A stretch of 36,781 nt of DNA, from positions 1-36,781 of the forward strand of contig JAHLWZ010000418.1 of NCBI GenBank assembly GCA_020536535.1. The letters are read 5' to 3'. Source of the stretch: Pelomyxa schiedti (Eukaryota; Protista; Evosea). The notes under the pieces are model-generated. The model was given only the letters and a program-made list of their open reading frames with translations, did no database searches and was not told where the DNA came from. Positions 1 through 10,478 of the stretch are shown piece after piece (the first letter of the stretch is position 1; each line of letters begins with the position of its first letter). A program made the position numbers and the translations under genes.

Positions 1-30
1 TGTTACACAAAACTTAATTTGATCTCTCAG

Positions 31-333
31 ACTGCACTTCACCATGCCTGCAGAGGTGGACATGTTCAAATTGTGGAACGACTTCTCTCATGTGTGAGGA
101 TTGACACCAACATCAAGGTTTATTTTCCCCCCTTACTGTTTGTGTCGTGGATGTGCCATGATTTACGTGGGTTGGGCACAGAACATGAAAAGAAAAACAG
201 CTCTTGAGTGCTGTCTAAATGATGAAGTGGGCGACTGTTTCAAGCTGCATATCCAGCAACAGCAATGCAGCCAGTCACCACTCCCAAATCAGCTCAACAG
301 CACTCACAACCACCCTCTGCTGAAAAAAGTTGA
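31..333 (+). pseudogene. 3' part of a truncated ankyrin-repeat gene, paralogue of the ankyrin-kinase copies A/B/C; 5' part lies outside the window
   Basis: Exon TALHHACRGGHVQIVERLLSCVRIDTNIK and next exon NMKRKTALECCLNDEV match copy A with the same intron positions. A frameshift near 229 restores RLFQAAYPAT...PKSAQQHSQPPSA, ending at TGA 331-333. No coiled-coil or kinase exons follow. Confidence 0.65.
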
Positions 334-646
334 TAGAGTAATCACTTCTAAAATAAGGACACAACAAACACGAAAACGCGCACCATAGATCAAGATAAAT
401 GCATTCTCAATAGCACACTAAAAAACACACACATAGAACAAACAAACCACCTACTGCGCATAGAACCGTCGACGTACTTTTCCAACTGTGTCCCAACTTG
501 TTCTTCCCATCATTTCATCAAACACCGCTTTCTCCTAACTCGTCAACGCCAAAGAAAAAGAAAAAAAACCGCGCCACCAAAGCAAAGAGGCGGGCTACCA
601 AACAAAAACAGAGGTCTCTCGTTTGTGTGTTTGCACTAAACACAAA

Positions 647-3600
647 ATGTCCGGGTTCTTCAAGAGGATGAGCGGGATGCTGAGCGGGTGGGCGACGGCG
701 TGCGAGACCGGCCAGCTCGACCGCGTCGACCAGTTCCTGTCCTCCACCTCCAACGTCCCCACGGCCGCCGAGGTCTCCCGCGGGCTCGTCTCGGCCTGCC
801 GCTGGGGCCACGTCTCCCTGGTCCTGCGCCTCCTCCAGCTCCCCGTCGAGCCCCCCTCCCCGAGCTACAAGGGCCCCCTGCGCCCCTCTGTCGTGGACCC
901 GATCCCCTGCGAGGGCGGCAGCGCGGCGGCCGCGAGCGGCGCCGGCGGGGGCGGCCCCCAGCCCCCGGGGGTGGTCACCGAGACCGCCGTGGGGGTCGCC
1001 TGCCAGGGGGGCCACACCGACGTCGTGAGGCTGCTGATGAGGGAGCCCGGCGCCGACTCGGCCGCCGGCACCCTGCTTATGTTCGCGTGCCAAGGGGGGC
1101 ACTCTGACATCGTGGACATGCTGCTGGAGAAGCCGCTGAGCTCGGTCACTCCGGAGGAGATTGGGCGGAGCTTCGTGGCTGCCTGCAAGGCGGGGTTCTA
1201 TGGGATCGCGGCGGCGCTGATTGCGCTGAACCCTCCGCACATGAGGCCGAACTTGGCGTTTGCTGCTGGGACCGGGGAGACTCCGCTGTGCGCTGCTTGC
1301 GGCGCCGGCGTGCTGGAAGTTGTCAATTTGCTGCTGGAAACGATGGGGAGCAGCACGGTTTACGCCAAGGAGATATGTGAGAGATTCGTTGTTGCTTGCA
1401 AGGGAGGGCACATTGACGTCGTCAATAAGTTCTTGAGCCTGCCGCGGCCAATGAGACCTTCGCTGAACCACATTTCGAAGCTGGAACGGACCGCTCTGAG
1501 TGCTGCTTGTGAAGCCGGGCACCAGAACATTGTGGAATTGCTTCTCAGGGAAGAGCAAGATGTCAACCTTGGAAACGCTCTGTGGCATGCCTCGAAGAAC
1601 AATCGCCTCGAGATAGTCGAAAGATTGCTGAGGCATCCCAACATCGCCGTGAACAAAATGTTTGACAACAAAACGCCGCTCGTTGTTGCGATCCTTGACA
1701 ATCAGACTGACAAAGATTTCCTTGTTGCCCGGTTCTTATTTCCCGTTCCGCATTGATCCCACCACGTTGCCAAGAGAGTGTTCTGAGCAAACTTGGTGGA
1801 TATCCGAAATTATGTGAGCTCTATCAGCTCGGTATGTTTGTCATGGATTCTGTTCCGAACTTATTTCACATTCAGCCACAAGTATCGAGCTTGCGAAATT
1901 ACTGTTGGATCGTCAACATCCAAAAGGTGAGAGAGCTCATTTGCGTTTCTTTTTTTTTTTTTGATAACAACAACTCCTCAGGCATACAACTGCCGGCAGT
2001 GAATAATCCAGGAAAAGCCAGTGACCCAGACGAAAACCAGGAAATGCACGCCGCTCATAAGAGTTGCATCTCCAATACTTTAAAAAAATACCACTCATTT
2101 CTGTTCCAGGGATTGCGGAATTGGAAACACAAATTAAAACCATTCAGGAAGAAAGGCTGGCCGATTTGGAGGAAAGAGAACTGAACCAACAGACATTTTA
2201 TGAAATCCAAAACTGTGTGCATATGTCTATCACCCACCCCGTGTCAAATTCCTAACCATATATATATATATATATATATATTTCACTAAGATACGGACCA
2301 TGTTTTGATGCATGTGGAAGGAGGATCGTGGTGCAACCTTCTCCCTGAATTTCCCCCTGAAGGCAACTGCAAGAAGGGTCAAATCAGCATTTCGTTTGAA
2401 GAGTACTCACCCTTTGTTGAAACCGTGTGCTGTTCTTGTCCTCTTGACATGGTATTCTGTTTTTTGAGCCTTGTTTCCCTTCTCTGTGTTTATTTCATCC
2501 TGCAAAAAAAAAGGTTGCCAAAATCATCATCGCAAGAAAGTTTGGCGTTGAACCCAAGGAACAAATAGTTTCCACTGTTGGATCAGACAACTCGTCAGAG
2601 GAACAGCTGACAAACACATCCAGAACGTTGACAGACCTTCGAAAAAGCGACACTGCGGAAGATAGAGTTGTGCAAATCAAAGTCCGGATCGCATCGGCAA
2701 TGACCATCCAAGACGAGGACCTGAAGGCTGTGTCTTCACTTGGAACAGGGTCTTATGGAAAAGTTTCCAAATGCCTCCACACCAAAACAAACAGACTCGT
2801 GGCTGTGAAGTCTCTTCATGATCTCATCAGGTCTGAGTTCAACAACAACCGATTTCAACAGGAAGCTACGGTATTTCTCCCTCCCTGTGACTGAAGGACT
2901 CACGAGTTCTTTTCAAAGATTTCGTCAAGACTGAGGCACCCGAATATCGTGAGCTGCCTCGGAACATGCGTGAACAGTACCGGTGGACTTCAGATCGTCT
3001 CTGAACTCATGGAAATGAGCCTCAGGCAGCTCCTTGCTCGAGTTCGTTCCCCCTTTTTTTTTTTACTTTACTCATGTCAGTGGAACAGAAAAGTTTGAGC
3101 TTTCAAGAAATAATTGCACTCTCGTTGGGGATTGCCAGAGGAATGTCCGCACTTCACAAGTTTTGACGCCTTTCCTTTTTTTTTAATCGAGCTTAATTCG
3201 AATTCAACTCTGATGCTGTGTTCAGGAGGACTGTTATGCACAGGGACCTGAGCAGCAACAATGTTCTGTTGGATTCTCGTGGGACTCCTAAAATCACCGA
3301 CTTCGGTTTTGTAAATTTCTTTTGTACTTCAAGGAATCTCTAACAAGTACCGCAGGCGTGGCCCATGTGCTCAGAACCACTTTTGTTTCCACTTTGACCA
3401 ATGGAGCCGGGACTCCTCCTTATGTGGCACCTCAGATGTACACTCACCACTACGGAATCCAAGGTATTCCATTCTCCATTTTTCCGGTTGCCTTTTATAT
3501 CGCCTCATTTCACGCAACAGGAGATATGTGGGAGTTTGCCGTTTTATTGGGTGAGATGCTGAAAGGAACCGTACCAGACTCCCGACTCCCAAAGGTCTTG

Positions 3601-4086
3601 AGCCAAATCTCAGAGTTTATGAGAATCCAGAGGGCGTCACTCTCTCCCCTCGACGTTGCCGGTTGGTTGATTTCCTTGCCCATAATCCCGCCGCACACTT
3701 AAAACACGCACAGAAGTGAACCGGCTATGCAGCGACCCTGAGGTCGGTGAAATGGCAATTGCAGAGTGCCTCGGCCGGCGCAATACAATCCTCGAGGCTC
3801 TGCGTTGTGAGCCAAAGTTCAACAACATCCCCCTGACTTGCGTACGAATTTTCGCACTCGTTATCGAGTCATGCCTCTCGATTCTAGGTTTTTTTTTGAT
3901 TCCCCCATTCCTCAATTCAACTTACCGCATGCACAACACTCACAAAAACCAAACTCAGAGAACAACCGGCCGCCGTTCTCGGCGATTGAAAAGCAGCTGA
4001 TGACGTGCGCGCAACTGGCATTTTGCCCCTCGGCTGACGACGATAACGTGGACGCGTGTGTCAAACGGTGCCTCGCTGATTTGTAG
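647..4086 (+). CDS. Multi-exon ankyrin-repeat / coiled-coil / ubiquitin-like / TKL-type protein kinase (gene 1)
   Basis: First exon 647-~1730 has many ACxGGHxDIVxxLL ankyrin repeats. Kinase motifs span short GT-AG introns: GTGSYGKV, VAVK, HPNIV, HRDLSSNN, DFG, GTPPYVAPQ, GDMWEF, RPPF. Stop at 4084-4086. Confidence 0.9.
2258..2281. repeat. (TA)n microsatellite in an intron
   Basis: Direct reading of the atatat run. Confidence 0.9.
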
Positions 4087-4216
4087 GCACTCGTTTTGGG
4101 TGACCTTTAGAACGAAGAAGCATTCCTTTTACAGTTTTATTTTTATTGCGTGATTCGTCTTTAGACGGGGGTTCTATTGATCATCAATATCGGGGCAGCA
4201 TCACTGGTGTCTGGGC

Positions 4217-7200
4217 ATGTTCACCACTACGTTGCACAACAACCAGTCACGAGTTGGGCCCCACGAGTGGTTCACCGCCGCGATTAGAGGAAACACTAAC
4301 TCACTGTGGGAGCTGCTGGCCGGCGACCCCCGCCTACTCAACTCTGTCAACGACCTACAACAACAAGTGGTGTGTAAACATTGTTTTTTTTTTTTTTTCC
4401 TTTTTTCTTTTTCTCACACCATCATCATTCAATACTACAATATACACAATAATTCAGACAGCGTTGCATGCAGCCACGTGGGGAGGGAGTCCAAAGTGCG
4501 TTGAGATCCTGCTGTCAATGAATATTAATGTCAGTTCCCAGGTTTGTTTGTGGATATGACCACTTATTTTGATACTCACAAACTTGTACCATCTCACTTC
4601 ACAGATTGTGTGTGACATACCTTTACATTCCCTTTTCTCTAAAATCACAAATTCTCCCCCCACCCTACACGGCCCTAGGGTGAGCCTGTATGTACCGCCT
4701 TATTCCCCAAACTCCTCTGACTTGCTCCAATTTCGCTCCTTGCCTCGTTTAGAATGTGTGCAAATGCCCCCACCAAACCTTTTGGTTTATCAATCACCAA
4801 TTATTATTATCATTCATCAATTTCTCTCACTTGCTTCAACTTTACTCCTTTCCTCACTCTGTGTTTAGGATGTGAGTAACTGCCACCCGTTTCATTGATT
4901 TCTCTGACTAACTTCCATTTCCTGCGTTGCTGCATGCTTAGTATGTGCGTAACCTGCCCCAACTCTTTTTTATTGCGTTATTAATCGATTTCTCTGTCTT
5001 GCTTCAATTTCCTGCCTTGCTTCACTATGTCCGTTTAGTATGTGTGTAACCCCTTGTTCATCATCTTTTCTGACTTGCTTTGATTCCAACTCCTTGCTTT
5101 GCTCTGTGATAAATTCAGGGAGTATGTAACAACTCCCCCAACCCTTTTGATAGAATTATACATCAATATCTCTGACTTGCTTCCATTTGCATGTTTAGTA
5201 TGTATGTGACCCCAACAACCCTTTTGTTGCATGACTCTTCGTTTCTTACTTGCCTCAATTTCACTCCTTGCCTGGCTCTGTGAAAAACTCAGGGAGTGTG
5301 TACCCTTTTTTATTATTCATCAATTTCTCTGACTTGCCTCGATTTCCTCCCTTGCTTCACTCTGCTACATGTAGTTTGTGTGTATCTGCCCCCCTCAACC
5401 CTTTTTTTTATTGCATTATTCATCAATTTCTCGGACTTGCTTCAATTTTCACTCTTGCTTTGCTCTTTGTGATAAATTCAGGGAGTGTGTTACCTTTTTT
5501 GTGTTATTCATCAATTTATCTGACTTCCTTCAATTTCACTCCTTGCTCTGTCTGGCGTGTTTAGATTGTGTGTAACTGCCCTCAACAACCCTTTTTTTTT
5601 CGCGTTATTTATCATCCGTTTCTCTGACTTTCTTCAATTTTCACCCCTTGCCTCACTGTGTAACATTTAGCAAGTGTGTAGCTTCTGCCCTCCTTTTTTT
5701 TATTGCATAATACATCAATTTGTTGCGTTGTTCATCAATTTATCTGACTTGCTTCACCATACTTTGCTCTGTCTGGTGTTTTAGCATGTGTGTATCCCTT
5801 ACCTCAGGTCTTTTATTAATATTATTCCCTAACTTCTCTGATTTGCTTCAATTTCACTCCTTGCCTCACTCTCTCTGTTCAGCGGGTGTGTAACTACCCC
5901 CACCCCACCCTGTTTTTCATGAATTATTCATCAACTTATCTGACTTGCATAAATTTCACTCCTTGCTTCACATCTGGCGTTTTTAGCTTGTGTGTAACTT
6001 TTTATTATTCATCAACTTCTCTGACTTGCTTCAACTTTCACTCCTTGCTTCACTCTGTCTGCGGCATGTGTTTAGTATGTGTGTAACTCATTCCACCCTT
6101 TTTTGTTGCATGATTCGTCTGTTTCTTACTTTCTTCAATTTCACTCCTTGCTTGGCTCATGAAAAACTCAGGGAGTGTGTACCTTTTTTGTTATTCAATT
6201 TCTCTGACTTGGTTTTTTCACATTTGTGGATTGTTGTATTGCCATCAGGGAGTAAGTAAACACTCCATTGCAGCTTTTCATTCTAACTTTCTGGATTTAT
6301 GGTATTTTGCACTGCAGATTGTACGAACTCACATCTTGATTCTATCTCCCTTGTGCTTACCTTATTATTTTTAAGGAAGTACGAGCTTTTTTCTTTTGTT
6401 CTTGTTGTCTTCCTTATATCTTTTCTTGGGGTCTCTCTCTTTCAACTGAAAGGGTGATGTAAGCCCCCCACCTCCAATGTGCTTTGTTTTCTTTCCCTTT
6501 TTTGTTGCTTATTTTATTTCCATCTTTCTCTCCCTCTTTAGACCGCACTTCACCTTGCCTGCAGATTTGGACATGTTCAAATTGTGAAACAACTTCTATC
6601 TTGTGTGGATATAGGTACTCACCTCAAGGTTGTTTTCCCCCTGTTTGATTGACATGTAATCTTTCTGTTGGCACAGAACAAGGATGGGAAAACAGCCCTC
6701 GAGTGCTCTAAAAATGATGAAGTGCGGCAACTGTTCCAAACTGTGTGTCCAACCACCACAACATTGCAAACAACAACACCAGAGGTCACCAATCCCAAAA
6801 CAGCCCAACAACAACCACATCCACAAGCCCCCTCTGCTCCGGACAATACATCATCATATGCATTCACATCAACAACGCAGGCAGCCACCACTCCTAAAAC
6901 AGCCCAACAACAACAACCACGGCTACCCTCTGCTCCAAACATGACTTCACTGCCACCATCCACCCCACCACAACCACAACCCAAACCAACAACTGTGGTG
7001 GCAACCACAACCACAACTGTGAGGACCAGCAAGGTGCTCCCGAAAGATCTCGAAGAACGTGGTGACATCATCATCAACGTCAGGAAACAAGAAAGAGACT
7101 CTTGGGAAATTGGGGCAAAGCAGCTGAATAGTTGAGTGAAACTCCCTCCTCCAATCAAATGCACAAACATTGGTGCCCATCATCTCACTCACTTTGTGTT

Positions 7201-10200
7201 CAAAAGACGAGATCACAGAACTGAAGGCACGAATCACACATTTGGAGTATAAAAACACCAAGTACCTGAACCTTCTCCATGAAGAAAGAAGATGCAGAGA
7301 GGCTGACCAACAACGAATCACACAATTGGAGGAAGAAAACGCAAAGAACCTGAATCTTCTCCATGAAGAAAGAAAACGCCATGAAACTGATCAACAAAGA
7401 ATTAAAGAAATGAAGCAACTCTATGAAAAGAGAGTAACTAACCAGCAAAGATTTCGTGAGCTGCAACAACAATGTTTGTGCTCCTCCCTCACCCTTTCCT
7501 TCCTTCTCCTCATTTCAGAGCTTCTTTTTTGTTTTTCTCATCTCATTTTCACATGAAGGGAAAAAGAATGCAGAAGTGTGTTTTGAACTTGTTTGCCTTG
7601 ATGATAATAAGTTTTCTTAACAACACACATCCACACAGATGGAGATCCAAAGGTTGCAAGAAAAAAGCACGTTGGATATGATGGCAAAGAACAAGGGTTT
7701 GAACACCTCCTCTTCCAGCAATTGAACTCATTAGCTCCCCTGCACTTTTTTTTTTTCCTTTTTCCAAACAGAGATTATGGAACTGGAGGCGCACATAACA
7801 ACACTGGAGGAAGAAGGTGCAAAGAACTTGAAGATGTTTTGTGACGAGAGAGCATCCTACCAACAAAGATTTCGTGATCTCCAACACTGTTTGTACTGTC
7901 CACCCAACACACTCCCTCACTTTTCTGACCACACACATGCAAAACCCAGTGCCCACTATTCTAACTGTAAATTCAGACACGAAACACGTGATGTCACATG
8001 TTGAACAAAGAGAAGGCACATGGTGCAACATTCTCCCTGAAAACAACAACAATGACTGCAAGCGATCACAAATCAGGATTACGTTTGAGGACCTTCCCTC
8101 TTTTGATGAAATTGTTTGTGCCTTCTGTCCCCTTCAAATGGTACCTCTCTTGAAACTCCCCCCTTTTCTTTTTTAAGCTTCCCTGCACTCCCTTTCTTGT
8201 GTTGTTGCTAACTGGTTGCTGTGTCAAAAAGATTGTGAAGCTTATCATTTCAAGGAAGTTTGGAGTTGAACCAACACAACAAGTAATTTTCACTGTTGGT
8301 TCAGAAAACAACTCTGAGGAGCTGTTGACCGATTCATCCAGAACCTTGGATGACATTCAACGACAACAAGAACAACAAGTCAGCCACAGCAGAAACGGAG
8401 CTGTTCAAATCAAGGTTCGAATCAAATCAACCATGTCAATACAAGAGAAAGACCTGAAAGTCATTTCAACACTTGGATCTGGATCGTACGGAACTGTTTT
8501 CAAGTGCACCTTCCTTCACAACACCACAACCACCCCTTCAGAAACAACAACAACGTTTGTGGCAGTGAAATCACTTCACGAAGCCATCAAGTCTGAGTTC
8601 AACATCACCAGGTTTCAGCAGGAAGCTCTGGTGCGTGAGACTTTGTCTCTGATATTGTGTTTGAAATTACTTCGTCAACTCACCATCATCACCACACACA
8701 GATTTCGTCAAGGTTGAGGCACCCAAACATTGTGAGATGCCTTGGAACGTGCATCACGAGCACAGGGTCACTCTGGATCGTGTCTGAGCTCATGGAATTG
8801 AGCCTCAGGCAGCTCCTTCATCATGTTTGTTTTGTTGCTCTCACCTCTTCTTTCTCCCACTTTACTTATTGGACTCACACAAATTGTAAATATGAAACTA
8901 CCAATCACAAAATTATTAGAAAGATTTGACATTCATGGAAGTTGTAGCAGTTTCCTCAGGAATTGCCAAAGGGATGACTGCACTTCACAGGTTTCATTCA
9001 ATTTAAGTTCTTCTTGCGCACTCTTTTAAAATAACCTTTATGTTGACCAGCTGCCATCTAATTCGCTTTCCCCAAAAAAAATCCAATTAAAAAAAACNNN
9101 NNNNNNNNNNNNNNNNNNNNNNNNNNNNNNNNNNNNNNNNNNNNNNNNNNNNNNNNNNNNNNNNNNNNNNNNNNNNNNNNNNNNNNNNNNNNNNNNNACA
9201 GGAGGAATATAATGCACCGGGACTTGAGCAGCAACAATGTTCTCCTTGATTCTTGTGGAACTCCAAAAATAACTGACTTTGGTACAATTGGCACACATAC
9301 ATACATCTCAACTCAATCCCAAAAACTGAAAAATGAAGGAGTGTCAAGAGCCCTCCAGCAGCACCAAACCAGCCGTGGTAGCAGATCAGCTCTGATTGGG
9401 AGTTTTACAAATGGAGCCGGAACACCGATTTACTTGCCACCACAGATGCACACTGGGCACTATGGGATTCAAGGTATGGATGGTGATAGTTCACACATAC
9501 ACACCAATATATTTCAAAAAGGAGACATGTGGGGGTTTGCAGTTTTGTTGAGTGAACTTCTTCAAGGCACCGTCCCGGAGGTCATACTCCCCAAGGCCAT
9601 TGCCAAAATCAGTGAGCTTATGAGGGTCCAGCGAGCATCACTCTCACCTCCAGAAATTGCCGGTTTGTTGTTGACAACAACACAAATTTTACTCGTCATC
9701 TGACTCACACACACACAGAAGTGGACCGGCTTTGCGACGACATTGGGGACATTCCCGTTGCGGAGTGCCTCGGCCGGAAGATTGCAATCATTTCCGCGTT
9801 GCGTTCCGCGCCCAAGATGAACGACGTGCACCGCGCGTGCGTTGGTCTGTTCTCTGTCCTTGTAGAGTCCTGCCTCTCGGTCCTCGNNNNNNNNNNNNNN
9901 NNNNNNNNNNNNNNNNNNNNNNNNNNNNNNNNNNNNNNNNNNNNNNNNNNNNNNNNNNNNNNNNNNNNNNNNNNNNNNNNNNNNNNCCCCCCCCCCCCCC
10001 CCCCCCCCAGTCTCTCCTGACTCCACAAAAACACGCAGAAACCGACCGGCCGTCGTTCCCGGTGATTGACAAAGTGTTGATGACGTGTGCCGAGATCGTG
10101 TTCACCAATAATTCCAGACCCAACCCGCCCACAAATACAAACAACACAGCCACAACGAGTGACAACCAGGACGTGGCGGGGCACATCACCAGGTGCCTCG

Positions 10201-10280
10201 CAAACATCGCAGCATCTTTCCCTGACAACCACCACAACCACACACAACCATCAACTCCTCCTCCCCTCTCTTCCTCTTGA
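4217..10280 (+). CDS. Ankyrin (with micro-exon loop) / PTQ-rich linker / coiled-coil / ubiquitin-like / kinase, copy A
   Basis: Exons 4217-4369 (EWFTAAIRGN), ~4458-4541 (TALHAATWGG), micro-exons, 6542-6628 (TALHLAC), 6677-7130. Then coiled-coil, UBL and kinase exons (GSGSYG, VAVK, HRDLSSNN, DFG, GTPIYLPPQ). Two N gaps fall within the gene. Confidence 0.88.
4605..6458 (+). other. Array of 22 candidate phase-0 micro-exons (20 x 3 nt, 1 x 9 nt, 1 x 6 nt) in copy A
   Basis: Each is flanked by AG and GT: ATT 4605, GGTGAGCCT 4679, AAT 4753, GAT 4869, TAT 4942, TAT 5039, GGA 5119, TAT 5199, GGA 5293, TTT 5375, GGA 5482, ATT 5565, CAA 5671, CAT 5785, CGG 5883, CTT 5987, TAT 6076, GGA 6172, GGA 6249, ATT 6318, GAA 6376, GGTGAT 6453. 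Intervening introns are 55-113 nt. Confidence 0.82.
4690..6215 (+). repeat. Degenerate tandem repeat of about 16-17 units of 70-115 bp; one unit = one intron plus one codon
   Basis: Recurring core TTCATCAATTTCTCTGACTTGCTTCAATTTCACTCCTTGC...TTTAG-NNN-GTGTGTAAC. Confidence 0.92.
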
Positions 10281-10478
10281 CAAACTGAGCACACCCAAAA
10301 GAGTGATTGAGCCGTCCCTCTCGATTCTCGGTTTTTTATTTCCCATTTCCCTTACAGGAGTGATCCCTGAAATTTGGCGAATCAGAACAACGTTCAGAGG
10401 ATGGGAAATCCTCCTCCTGGGCGCTGCGCCTATTTCGAGCCAGGTCAGTGTTTTATCTTTAACTATCAAAAGAAATGA

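Noticed and set aside
518-1636. 372-aa minus-strand ORF, and similar long antisense ORFs (22291-23169, 35820-36464)
   Set aside because: Shadow ORFs opposite GC-rich or repetitive real coding exons, with no recognisable motifs.
4690-6215. CRISPR-like array or intronic C/D snoRNA cluster
   Set aside because: Units are degenerate along their whole length with no unique spacers, and the context is eukaryotic. CTGA lies on the sense strand but TGATGA on the antisense strand, so C and D boxes are not on the same RNA. The intron-plus-codon reading explains the conserved positions better.
5035-6374. Short Phe/Leu/Cys-rich ORFs within the repeat array
   Set aside because: By-products of pyrimidine-rich intron repeats; the frames are not conserved between units or paralogues.
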